Shown here: in pieces, positions 19,232 to 27,949 of the stretch | Layout: each line of letters starts with the position of its first letter | Position numbering within the stretch: the first letter of the stretch is position 1 | Origin: an uncultured bacterium | GTDB taxonomy: Bacteria > Acidobacteriota > HRBIN11 > JAKEFK01 | Direction of reading: 5' to 3' | Assembly (NCBI GenBank): GCA_963777505.1 | Contig: CAVZQN010000006.1 | Location: 423,119-487,118, forward strand | DNA: 64,000 bases | Notes under the pieces: generated by a model | What the model was told of the DNA's origin: nothing | The model's database searches: none | The model's input: the letters and a program-made list of their open reading frames with translations, nothing else | Translations under genes and position numbers: made by a program

Positions 19232-19627
19232 TTAATATTTGGATCCACTCAGCAGACGATCCGCTTTCGCTGTATCAGAGACTTTGAGAATCGCAAGCGC
19301 ATTCTCACCCGTACCGCACGCGTATGCATATTCAATATTGATTTTTTCTCTGGTCAACTTCTTTGTTGCTTTTGCCAAAGCACCTGGCTCATGAGCCATT
19401 TCAAGAGCGATTACATTCTGTGCTGAAAATGTATATTTCTCTCTTGTGAGTACCTGACGTGCCTTCCCTGGATTATCCACTACCAGTCTTAAGATGCCAT
19501 ATTCATTGACATCATGGATGCATAAGGCAAGGATGTTCACTTTTTTTCTAAGCAGAGCTGCGCTGATGTTAAATAAGCTCCCAACGCGATTTTCCTGAAT
19601 AATTGAGATTTGTTTTTTCACGGGCAT
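19232..19627 (-). CDS. Tandem ACT-domain protein
   Basis: 'KQISI..ENRVGSL', 'EYGILRLVVD', 'PGALA...INIEYAY'. Confidence 0.88.
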   Translation of the reverse strand: MPVKKQISIIQENRVGSLFNISAALLRKKVNILALCIHDVNEYGILRLVVDNPGKARQVLTREKYTFSAQNVIALEMAHEPGALAKATKKLTREKINIEYAYACGTGENALAILKVSDTAKADRLLSGSKY

Positions 19628-19716
19628 AGCAAACTCCTCTAGAGACAGGTGAGTACTCTGCCACATTGTAACATGTGAGGAATCTTCAGGAGATTGTATA
19701 GGAGAGGGGGATTCAG

Positions 19717-20385
19717 TTATTTAATGCGCTTCATGACGTGATTCACGATTCGATCACATCGTTCGCCGTCGAATTGAAAGAGCTTTCGTAACCCGGCACC
19801 GAGTTTAGCATCAAGCCTTTTCCGAAGAAGGGCTCTTGCCCGAAACATGCGTGTTTTTACTGCTTCTTCTCCAATTTGAAGGCATTCTGCAGTCTCCTGT
19901 GTGCTTAAGCCTTGCAAGTCGCGTAATGCAAATACAGCGCGATACTTTGGTGGTAGAGAATCGATCACGGATTCCAGAATTTGTCCCAACTGTCGCCGGG
20001 TCAATTCTTCTTCCGGATTCGATCTTGATTCAAGAACTAACATTCCTTCCTCCAACTTCGATTCTTCTCCGAATGCAATAACTCTCTTTCGTCGTTTCAA
20101 TCGAGCAAGGCTTTCATGAATTGCAATGCGCGTCAGCCATGTACTGAATTTTGCATTACCGGCAAATTGATGAAGGTAGGTGAATGCTCTTACGTATGTT
20201 TCTTGAATTACATCTTCTGCCTCAGTATCGTTTCTGAGCACAGCGCGTGTCAGTCGAAAAAGCCTTTGATTATATCGGCGCATGATTATTTCAAATAAGG
20301 CAGTTTCGCCACGACGGACTCGGCTAATGACTTCGTCGTCAGTTAAGGCAAGATTTGAAGCGATTTCTGCCGGTTTAGCGCCCAT
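19717..20385 (-). CDS. ECF sigma-70 factor
   Basis: 'MRRYNQRLFR', 'AEDVIQETY', 'FSTWLTRIAIHE', 'VKTRMFRAR', C-terminal 'FDGERCDRIV'. Confidence 0.9.
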   Translation of the reverse strand: MGAKPAEIASNLALTDDEVISRVRRGETALFEIIMRRYNQRLFRLTRAVLRNDTEAEDVIQETYVRAFTYLHQFAGNAKFSTWLTRIAIHESLARLKRRKRVIAFGEESKLEEGMLVLESRSNPEEELTRRQLGQILESVIDSLPPKYRAVFALRDLQGLSTQETAECLQIGEEAVKTRMFRARALLRKRLDAKLGAGLRKLFQFDGERCDRIVNHVMKRIK

Positions 20386-20517
20386 TTTTCAATTTTCGCC
20401 CTCTTAATAAAGATAGAGTTTTTAAAAGGACATAGGTTGCAAATTTTCTTCCTAAGGGCGAGGGGCTAAGACTCGCCTGCATTGCTTAACACCTGCGGCT
20501 GAGTCAGAATAAACCAA

Positions 20518-22932
20518 ATGATTGGCGAAAATGCCGCAAGATTGCCACAACTTTATCGTCTGGCGCACAGCCTTCTGTCCTGCAAATCCAAACAAGAAGC
20601 GCTTCAAACGTCGCTGAATTCCATTTGTAACGCTCTTCAAGCAGACAGCGGTATTTTGTGGGAATTTTCAGCGGATAAGGGAGTCTTAAAACCCGCAATT
20701 ACTTTTTTCGAAGGAAAAGCAATAAAACTGCGAAATGTTTCGCCGGGCGCCGATTTTCTCGGAGAAGCCTATCGCGGCGGAAAGCCTGCAATTCTGAAAA
20801 GCGAATCATTGCAGCAGCCGAATAAGCATCTACAGTTCAGCGATGATAAAGAGCTTTCATCGATCCTTGTATTTCCGTTGCGAGCGAAAGGTGAGCCAGA
20901 TTATGTCTTCGAATTTGTCTATCACTCGGGAAATAATAGGGCCTTCCCCATAGAAGACATCGATTTTGTCGGCCAGTGTGCTGATTTATATCTGATGTCG
21001 ATACGAAGTTGGAAGATGCGTGAAGATCAAACGAATAGTCAGCTACACGCGATCACCAGATTAACTCTTCTTTATGATATCAGTCAGATTTTTCATTCCA
21101 CGCTTGAATTGAGTGAGCTCCTCCCGATCATCACTGAAAAGATTCGCGAAATTCATGAAGCCCAAACGTGTACCATTTGGGTTCCTGATGGAGAGAACCT
21201 CACGTATGGATACAGTTCGGGTGGATATTCCGAAATTTTTGAATCAGTGAAAACGCTTGAAGATGATCCAGCGTGTGATGTATCGCACACCAGAGAAAGC
21301 ATTCTGTTTGAAGACGCCTCTCAAGAAGAGCGTTTACGGAAACGATTTTCGAATCCGGAAGAATCTCCTGTTATCACGTATATGGTTTCGCCTCTAAAAG
21401 TGAAGGATGAATTTCTCGGAGTGATCGAGGTTATGAATCGGATCGAAGGGGACCCTCACTATAACGAAGTGGATCAATTCCTATTGAATGATCTTGCTAC
21501 TCAAGCTGCCGTATCGATTCATAATGCGAATCTTCTTGCTGCTGAGCGGAAAGCACAAGAGCTCGATGCTTTGCTGAAAATAAGCCATGAAATTACATCA
21601 ACACTCGATCTCAACAGGGTTCTTCTAACAATCGTAAATCAATCGGCGAATCTAATTCCTTATGATCGAGCCTCGATATCACTCGTGGATCGAGGAAAGG
21701 TTGATATTGGTGCAGTCTCCGGACGTATTGAAGTCGATAGAAAAAGTCAGGAGATGAAGGATCTGCACAGCATGCTGACCTGGGCAGCTGGTTTGAATAA
21801 AGGTATTTATGTCTCTGAATTCAATAAAAAGATCATTACGGAACGTGAGGAAGATCAGGAAAAGTTTAGAGCATACTTTGAAAAAACTGGACAAAAATCC
21901 TTCGTTGCTATTCCACTGAAGGATGAAGAAGGTGCGTTAGGAATTCTTTGTTTTGAAAGTGCGTCATCTTATTTTCTGGATGATCGACACCTGGAAGTCG
22001 CAAGCATCCTGGCAAATCAAGCAACCGTAGCAATTCGCAATGCTCAACTTTACCGACAGGTACCCCTTGTTGATCTGATGAAGCCGTTCTATAAAAAGAA
22101 AGCCCAGATCATGAAGATGCCCAGAACCCGAAAAATCGCATGGGCAACCGGGATTGGAGCTGCACTGTTGCTATTGATTCTTGTGCCATGGAACATGAAA
22201 GTTGTTGGGGATGTCACGATTCTTCCTTCGTTAAGAACGCCTGTAGTTTCTGAAGTAGAAGGCATAGTCCAAAAAGTCCACTTCCGCGAAGGTGATCGTG
22301 TGAACTCCGGAAAAGAAATTGCTGATTTGAAGGACTACGATTACCGATTGGCATTGGAAGGCTTTCAATCGCGACGTGATGTGCTGTTTAAGGAAATCAG
22401 CCGAAGTGAAAGCCAGGGCGATTCAAATACTGCCCGTTTAAAAAGGATCGAAATTGAACAAGTCAATCGTGAAATTAATTTTTCAAACGATCAGTTGGGA
22501 CGTACAAAACTTCGATCCCCGGTTGATGGAATTATTATGACGCCGCGTATTGAAGAAAAGGCCGGACAACTTATCCGGAAAGGTGAAGAATTTTGCGAAG
22601 TCGCTAATGTGAAGGAAGTGCGAGCTGAAGTCGCAATTGATGAAGGCGATTTATCTTATTTGAAGGCCGGACAAAAAATAGCATTAAAAATGAATTCTTA
22701 TCCAACCGCGAAGTTTTATGGAACGGTAAAACATCTTGGAGCAGAACTTACAGGCAATGAATCGAGGCGCTATTACATTTTAGAAGCTGAAGTCGAAAAT
22801 CCTGAAGAGCTTTTGAAATCGGGAATGGTTGGTAAAGCGAAAGTTGAAACCGGGTACCGCAGCATTGGTTATGTCTTATTGAGACAACCTTTCCGTTTTC
22901 TATGGAAAAAACTCTGGGTTTGGATGCCCTGA
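20518..22932 (+). CDS. Triple-GAF + TM + HlyD/MFP fusion protein
   Basis: Three GAF-like repeats ('LGVIEVMN...DQFLLNDLATQAAVSIHNA', 'LGILCFES...LANQATVAIRNAQLY'), a TM helix near aa 540-560, then MFP lipoyl/coiled-coil/barrel ('EGIVQKVHFREGDRV', 'LRSPVDGII', 'LKSGMVGKAK'). Confidence 0.88.
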   Translation: MIGENAARLPQLYRLAHSLLSCKSKQEALQTSLNSICNALQADSGILWEFSADKGVLKPAITFFEGKAIKLRNVSPGADFLGEAYRGGKPAILKSESLQQPNKHLQFSDDKELSSILVFPLRAKGEPDYVFEFVYHSGNNRAFPIEDIDFVGQCADLYLMSIRSWKMREDQTNSQLHAITRLTLLYDISQIFHSTLELSELLPIITEKIREIHEAQTCTIWVPDGENLTYGYSSGGYSEIFESVKTLEDDPACDVSHTRESILFEDASQEERLRKRFSNPEESPVITYMVSPLKVKDEFLGVIEVMNRIEGDPHYNEVDQFLLNDLATQAAVSIHNANLLAAERKAQELDALLKISHEITSTLDLNRVLLTIVNQSANLIPYDRASISLVDRGKVDIGAVSGRIEVDRKSQEMKDLHSMLTWAAGLNKGIYVSEFNKKIITEREEDQEKFRAYFEKTGQKSFVAIPLKDEEGALGILCFESASSYFLDDRHLEVASILANQATVAIRNAQLYRQVPLVDLMKPFYKKKAQIMKMPRTRKIAWATGIGAALLLLILVPWNMKVVGDVTILPSLRTPVVSEVEGIVQKVHFREGDRVNSGKEIADLKDYDYRLALEGFQSRRDVLFKEISRSESQGDSNTARLKRIEIEQVNREINFSNDQLGRTKLRSPVDGIIMTPRIEEKAGQLIRKGEEFCEVANVKEVRAEVAIDEGDLSYLKAGQKIALKMNSYPTAKFYGTVKHLGAELTGNESRRYYILEAEVENPEELLKSGMVGKAKVETGYRSIGYVLLRQPFRFLWKKLWVWMP

Positions 22933-22948
22933 GCTCCGTTCGTAAGTA

Positions 22949-23043
22949 TAGGGTACGCAGCTCAACCGCATTTATGGGGGCGAGCAGTACCGTAAAGTTG
23001 ATTGCTACGGCACTGCCTCGCATTCGCTCGGCTGCGTGCCTTA
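22949..23043. repeat. REP-like inverted element between the two MFP-fusion genes
   Basis: tagggtacgcagc (22949-22961) pairs with gctgcgtgcctta (23031-23043); internal ccgta/tacgg hairpin. Confidence 0.55.
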
Positions 23044-23056
23044 CTACAAATTAATT

Positions 23057-25198
23057 ATGACTTATTACGAACATCTTTCAGAATCTCCCACAAGAAAACT
23101 GGGTTCCACAGCACCTGATGCAATTATGCCCGCGCTTCGTCCTGATGTTGTTGTGCGGCGCCTCGCCCAAAAAGATGAAGTTTATTACGTAATAAAAGAT
23201 CCGCTGATTCAAGCGTATTACAAGTTCACTCCCGATGAGTGGGAAATCATAGCGTTCTTTGATGGAACCCGCACCATTGACCAGATTGTTGAAGAGTACA
23301 ACAACAAAAACTCGAACGAAGTTATCAATGATGAAACTGTAATCAGTTATCGTCAATCACTCAAAGAAATGGATTTGCTGACTCTCCCCGCAATGGAAAA
23401 AAGTCTTCAATTCATGGAGCGAATCAAAGAGCAGCGAAAGAACCGCGCCGATACAAGTAAATTCAAAAATCTTTTTGAGATTACATTTTCAGCATGGGAC
23501 CCTGATGAATCGTTTAACAAGGTGATCCCGTATCTGCGATTTCTTTACACAAAACCATTCTTCATTATTTCTTTCACTGCAATTTTAATGATGGCGGCAG
23601 TAAACATTCTTAAATGGGAAGAATTTAAGCAGGGAACAATCCAACTTTACACATTCACCGATAAATCATTATGGGAAATTCTTGTGTTCCTGATTCTGAT
23701 GACTGCGACCGGTACATTGCATGAAATCGGACATGGCATGACTCTTAAAAACTTTGGCGGAGAAGTCAGGCAAATGGGCTTACTCCTGTTTTATTTAACT
23801 CCTGCATTTTATTGTGATGTCAGTGATTCGTATCTCCTGACAAAGCGGAAAGAACGGCTCTGGGTTACTTTTGCTGGTGTTTATAGCGAACTGGTTTTAT
23901 GTTCCATTGCAACCTTCGTCTGGTTTTTTGCTGTGCCTGGGACACTCATATATGACTTTGCATTTCAAGTAATTTTGTTTACAGGAGTTTCATCATTTTT
24001 GATCAACATGAATCCGTTGATCAAACTTGACGGTTACTATGCTTTGATGGACACACTTGAGATCCCCGAATTGCGCGAAGAGTCTTTTGCACACATCACC
24101 CGAAGGATCAAAAAATTGTTCGGTCTGAAGGTCGAAGAGTTGGAAGGACTGACTCGAAGAAAAAGACGTATTTACTGGGCTTACGGTATAGGCGCGATAC
24201 TGTACACAGTAACACTGTACGTCCTCATTGTTTTTTGGTTACGAAATGTTTACCTGGAGACATTTCGGGGGTTCGGATATGTTCTTCTTGCAGGTACTGT
24301 TTACTTTCTCTTTCGCAAGGAAATTCGCGGAGGTTATAATTTTCTGCGGTTCGTTTATCTTGATAAAAAAGAAATGTTATTAAAAAAATTAAAGAACAAA
24401 TCTACAGCCGTTGTAATTATCGCTTTGCTTTTGCTGGCGACAATTCCAAAAACTCATATGAAGGTCTCCGGGCCATTTGAAGTACAACCAGTACAACAAA
24501 ACGAAATACGAGCTGAAGTGGATGGTTTTATCCGCAAAGTGCTGGTTCGTGAAAACGATTCTGTTTCTGCGGGACAAGAACTGGCTGTGATGGAGAATCC
24601 TCAGCTCCTTCAAGATTCATCGCGGCTATTGTCTGAGCTTTCTACAATCGATCGAAACTTAAAAATTGCTGAGATAGATGGAAATACGAGTGAATATCAG
24701 AAGTCATTGCGTTTGAAACGTGAAATGATTGCACAAAATGCCGAGATTCAGCGGAAATTAAGCCATCTTTCGCTGCGATCTCCGATCCCTGCTCAAGTAG
24801 CGACTTCACGTGTGGAAGAAAAATATGGCGAATTCTTAAAGCGTGGTGATGTCTTTTGTAAAATGATTGCAGTGGATCGAGTCAAGATTGAAATTCCAGT
24901 ACGTGAATATTATGTCCCTGATTTGAAAAAAGGGCAGACCGTGAAACTTAAACTTGAGGCGTATCCAACTGAAACTTTTGAAGGAAAACTCGAGCAAGTA
25001 TCTCCTGCGATTCGTAAGCGTGTCGAGGCATTAGAAGGAACCTATACCCAGTTTCTGGCTACTGCGATTATTCAAAATCCGGAAGGAAAATTGCTGCCTG
25101 GAATGCGTGGTGATGCAAAAATTTTAGCTGAAAGGTATTCAGTGGCGGGACGTATTTTTCGTGAACTACGCCGTTGGATCCAATCCCGAATCTGGTAA
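23057..25198 (+). CDS. PqqD/RRE-like domain + M50 (site-2) intramembrane peptidase + HlyD/MFP fusion
   Basis: N-terminal 'YYVIKDP...YYKF...WEIIAFFDGTRTIDQI...LKEMDLL' (wHTH/RRE-like); HEIGH, 'AFYCDVSD', 'FAGVYSE', 'NMNPLIKLDGYY' (M50); C-terminal MFP 'DGFIRKVLVRENDSV', 'LLPGMRGDAKI'. Confidence 0.88.
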   Translation: MTYYEHLSESPTRKLGSTAPDAIMPALRPDVVVRRLAQKDEVYYVIKDPLIQAYYKFTPDEWEIIAFFDGTRTIDQIVEEYNNKNSNEVINDETVISYRQSLKEMDLLTLPAMEKSLQFMERIKEQRKNRADTSKFKNLFEITFSAWDPDESFNKVIPYLRFLYTKPFFIISFTAILMMAAVNILKWEEFKQGTIQLYTFTDKSLWEILVFLILMTATGTLHEIGHGMTLKNFGGEVRQMGLLLFYLTPAFYCDVSDSYLLTKRKERLWVTFAGVYSELVLCSIATFVWFFAVPGTLIYDFAFQVILFTGVSSFLINMNPLIKLDGYYALMDTLEIPELREESFAHITRRIKKLFGLKVEELEGLTRRKRRIYWAYGIGAILYTVTLYVLIVFWLRNVYLETFRGFGYVLLAGTVYFLFRKEIRGGYNFLRFVYLDKKEMLLKKLKNKSTAVVIIALLLLATIPKTHMKVSGPFEVQPVQQNEIRAEVDGFIRKVLVRENDSVSAGQELAVMENPQLLQDSSRLLSELSTIDRNLKIAEIDGNTSEYQKSLRLKREMIAQNAEIQRKLSHLSLRSPIPAQVATSRVEEKYGEFLKRGDVFCKMIAVDRVKIEIPVREYYVPDLKKGQTVKLKLEAYPTETFEGKLEQVSPAIRKRVEALEGTYTQFLATAIIQNPEGKLLPGMRGDAKILAERYSVAGRIFRELRRWIQSRIW

Positions 25199-25200
25199 TG

Positions 25201-25249
25201 TTTACCGCAGAGAACACAGAGTTTTCTGTGTCTCTGCGGTAAAGTTTTT
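25201..25249. terminator. Long hairpin/bidirectional terminator of the ACCGCAGAG...CTCTGCGGT repeat type
   Basis: tttaccgcagaga...tctctgcggtaaa inverted repeat between convergent genes. Confidence 0.75.
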
Positions 25250-25252
25250 ATC

Positions 25253-25630
25253 TTAGCGTTTTGGGGCTACTTTCTTCGCCATTACTTGTTTTGGCGCTGC
25301 TTTCTTTGCAAGTGTCATTTTAGGTGCAGCTTTTTTCGCAAGCGTCATCTTAGGCGCTGCTTTCTTGGCCATGATTTGTTTTGGTGCAGCTTTCTTTGCC
25401 ATAATCTGCTTTGGCGCTGCTTTCTTAGCCATGATTTGCTTTGGTGCCGCTTTCTTTGCCATGATCTGCTTTGGCGCTGCTTTCTTCGCCATCGTCATTT
25501 TTGGTGCAACGCGTGGGGTAAGATGTGTTCCCACTGTTTCTACCTTGAATTCGTAATGTTCCTGTCCGGTTGCTTCTTTCAATTGTCTTTTTTGCTCATC
25601 AGTTAATCGGATAATTGTCTCATCGGCCAT
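25253..25630 (-). CDS. Small leader + Lys/Ala/Pro-repeat protein; candidate secreted precursor peptide
   Basis: AGGAGG SD and sigma54 promoter upstream; 44-aa leader (IIRLTDEQKRQLKEATG...LTPRVAPK) plus 8 decamers. Repeat variation is largely synonymous in this frame. Confidence 0.85.
   Translation of the reverse strand: MADETIIRLTDEQKRQLKEATGQEHYEFKVETVGTHLTPRVAPKMTMAKKAAPKQIMAKKAAPKQIMAKKAAPKQIMAKKAAPKQIMAKKAAPKMTLAKKAAPKMTLAKKAAPKQVMAKKVAPKR
25259..25498 (-). repeat. 8 x 30-bp coding tandem repeat encoding (M/Q)(T/I/V)(M/L)AKK(A/V)APK
   Basis: Read directly: MTMAKKAAPK, 4x QIMAKKAAPK, 2x MTLAKKAAPK, QVMAKKVAPK. Confidence 0.95.
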
Positions 25631-25688
25631 TTGGTTTGCCCTCCTGTTGGCAATTTTTTTATGTTTGCTTAATTACGATTTTATGTAC

Positions 25689-25704
25689 TGCAAGCTTGTT
25701 GCCA
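25689..25704 (-). promoter_or_regulatory. sigma54 (-24/-12) promoter TGGCAACAAGCTTGCA
   Basis: Exact GG-N10-GC spacing with TGGCA and TTGCA cores, about 60 bp upstream of the repeat-protein ATG and adjacent to a sigma54 activator gene. Confidence 0.85.
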
Positions 25705-25729
25705 TCTTTTTTATTGAGGAGAGAATGGA

Positions 25730-25805
25730 ATTTTGACCTACAAAACAGGGGTAATTTTTCAACCCCAGGGTTGAATTTTTAACCACCTGAGCTCGATTTA
25801 ACCAC
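25730..25805. promoter_or_regulatory. Putative enhancer (UAS) array for the adjacent bEBP
   Basis: GGGGT-N9-ACCCC (25748-25766) and GGTT-N8-AACC (25769-25784); ATTT(T)..AACC-like motif recurs at roughly 20-bp period. Confidence 0.55.
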
Positions 25806-25852
25806 TTAGTTGTGACCTTCGTGGTAATAAGTTGTGTCGATAACACGCTCTA

Positions 25853-27220
25853 CTACAGATTATATTTGCGGCTCAGATACTTCATACGATTGCGATCAAT
25901 GCCTAAAATTTCTGCGGCTCGTGCTTTGACTCCCCCTGCCCGTTCGATTGCAGCGCGGATCAATTCACGTTCATAATTTTCAACCGATCGATCCAAGGGC
26001 AAACTGTCATCCATAATCGCAGGCACTGGTCCACCGGCACACGATATATGTGAAGGAAGGTCTTCTTTGTGTACAACTTCGCTATCGATCGTTAACAAAA
26101 GCGTCTGAACAAGATTTTCAAGTTCGCGGACATTTCCTTTCCATGGATAGCTTCTCAATGTATCCATAGCTGCGGCATCAAATCGTTTTGGACCTGCCGG
26201 GCGGTCTTTCGAATAACTCTTAAGAAAATGATCAAGCAGTAGCGGAATATCTTCTTGCCGCTCACGTAAAGGCGGAACTTGTATCGGAAAAACATTAATC
26301 CTGAAGTACAAATCTTCACGAAATTCACCTTTTCGAATTTTTGCTTCCAGGTCTTCATTTGTCGCAGTAACCAAACGCACATCCGTTTCAATCGTTCGAT
26401 TTCCTCCGAGGCGTTCAAACTTGCGCTCCTGCAGCACGCGCAGAAGTTTGGTTTGCACTGTGAGAGGGATCGCACCAATTTCATCCAGAAATAGCGTGCC
26501 GCCATTTGCCGTTTCAAACTTACCGGCATGAGCTGCATGTGCTCCGGTATAGGCTCCTTTTTCGTGACCAAAAAGCTCACTTTCAACGAGAGTCTCTGGG
26601 ATTGCGGCACAATTCACACTAATAAAAGGACCTCTGCTGCGTGAACTATGGTAATGAATTGCGCGTGCGATTAATTCTTTCCCAGTTCCACTTTCACCGC
26701 GGATGATTACAGTAGTAGTACCTTGCGCTACCCGCCGGATCGCTTCAAAAACACGCTGCATCCCGGGGCTAACGCCAATCATATTTTCGAACGAATATTT
26801 TTCCCGCAGTTCATCCCTCAGGCGCGTATTCTCACGTTCCATCGCTTGTTTTTCCAAAGCCCGGCGCATAATTAATTTCAATTCCATAAAATCAAATGGC
26901 TTACGGAAAAAGTCGTAAGCACCCGCTTCAATGGCTTTTAATACGGACTGCATTTCTGCTTCACCGGACATAACAATGACAACGCATCCAGGATTTTTTT
27001 CGTGAACTTTTGCTAGTAGATTGAGCCCTTCATCAACCGTTCCACTTGGAGGAAGCTGAAGATCCAGTAATACAAGATCAGGATCTTCCTTTTGAAGTAG
27101 TAGTTCGCCGGAAGGACGATCTGCTGCTTCAACAATTTCGTATTCTTTACCCAATGCAAATATGATTTGCTGTCGCAGAAAACGATCATCTTCGATGAGT
27201 GCGATTTTTTTCTCAGGCAT
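25853..27220 (-). CDS. sigma54-dependent response regulator (NtrC family, PrsR-like)
   Basis: REC domain 'IEDD...LLDLQLPP...EGL...GAYDFFRKP'; AAA+ 'GESGTGKE', 'ELFGHEKGAYTGA', 'LFLDEIG', 'WKGNVREL'; Fis-type HTH. ATG 27220 overlaps the kinase stop. Confidence 0.92.
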   Translation of the reverse strand: MPEKKIALIEDDRFLRQQIIFALGKEYEIVEAADRPSGELLLQKEDPDLVLLDLQLPPSGTVDEGLNLLAKVHEKNPGCVVIVMSGEAEMQSVLKAIEAGAYDFFRKPFDFMELKLIMRRALEKQAMERENTRLRDELREKYSFENMIGVSPGMQRVFEAIRRVAQGTTTVIIRGESGTGKELIARAIHYHSSRSRGPFISVNCAAIPETLVESELFGHEKGAYTGAHAAHAGKFETANGGTLFLDEIGAIPLTVQTKLLRVLQERKFERLGGNRTIETDVRLVTATNEDLEAKIRKGEFREDLYFRINVFPIQVPPLRERQEDIPLLLDHFLKSYSKDRPAGPKRFDAAAMDTLRSYPWKGNVRELENLVQTLLLTIDSEVVHKEDLPSHISCAGGPVPAIMDDSLPLDRSVENYERELIRAAIERAGGVKARAAEILGIDRNRMKYLSRKYNL

Positions 27221-27914
27221 TAGACTCTGCCGGGAAGAAAACTCGAAACGTGGTTCCTTCATGAGGGGCGCTTTCTACTGCCAGGCGGCCATGATGCAGT
27301 GCAAATATTTGCTGGCTCGTAAAGAGTCCGAGCCCCATGCCGTGATCTTTGGTAGTCATAAACGGCTGAAAAAGTTTGCTCTCTAAATATTCCTGGGTGA
27401 TCCCAATTCCTGTATCCGCAATCTCTACTCCGACCCGCTTTTTAGTGCGAGTATCGGCACGCCATGTACGAAGCGTCAATGTTCCACCCTCTGGCATTGC
27501 ATCGATCGCATTTTCTACGAGATTTATAAACGCTTCCCGCAGATAAAAAGCATCTCCCCAGATGGGCGGAAGTTCTTCAAAATTAGTTTCGATTTTTATC
27601 TGCCGGAGTGATTTGTTCGGAAGCGAATCTAGAATCGCTATGAGAACATCATTCACATTGATACGAAGTTTGATAATGACTTGCTTTTGATGATCCCGAA
27701 AGCGTTTTACGATTGTATCCATTCTGCCGATCGTATCAGCCAGTACTTCCATCATGCTTGTTTTGAACAGTGGATTCTCATAATTTGAATCCATGTTTTG
27801 AAGCAGAGCACTCAACCGGAAGGCAAGATTTTTCAAATCGTGTACGATGACGGAATCTACAGTTCGACGCAATGAAACACGTGAAGCGCTTGTACTTGTT
27901 TTTCTTTTACCCAT
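27213..27914 (-). CDS. Sensor-less histidine kinase (PrsK-like HisKA + HATPase_c)
   Basis: H-box 'VHDLKNL...NPLF', N-box 'NLVENAIDAM', 'DTGIG', 'FQPFMTTK', 'GMGLGL'. Only about 25 aa precede the H-box. Confidence 0.88.
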   Translation of the reverse strand: MGKRKTSTSASRVSLRRTVDSVIVHDLKNLAFRLSALLQNMDSNYENPLFKTSMMEVLADTIGRMDTIVKRFRDHQKQVIIKLRINVNDVLIAILDSLPNKSLRQIKIETNFEELPPIWGDAFYLREAFINLVENAIDAMPEGGTLTLRTWRADTRTKKRVGVEIADTGIGITQEYLESKLFQPFMTTKDHGMGLGLFTSQQIFALHHGRLAVESAPHEGTTFRVFFPAESNA

Positions 27915-27949
27915 AGCTACGTTTTTTTCACCACAAAGACACAAAGACT

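Noticed and set aside
20427-20442. sigma54 promoter for the GAF-MFP operon (AGGACATAGGTTGCA)
   Set aside because: GG-to-GC spacing is 9 nt rather than 10, and the TGGC core is absent.
25259-25498. 30-bp periodic array as a CRISPR array
   Set aside because: Units are contiguous with no unique spacers, vary mostly at synonymous positions of a minus-strand ORF, and no cas genes are present.
25286-25606. Plus-strand Cys-rich repeat ORFs (WRCFLCH..., MICFGAAFFA...) as RiPP or metallothionein precursors
   Set aside because: They are antisense shadows of the Lys-rich gene; the SD, sigma54 promoter and synonymous variation all support the minus-strand frame.
25253-25630. Plain histone H1-like nucleoid protein call
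   Set aside because: Not adopted as the primary call: AKKAAPK composition alone is low-complexity evidence, while the distinct leader, dedicated sigma54 promoter and RRE-M50-MFP context point elsewhere. It remains the main alternative.
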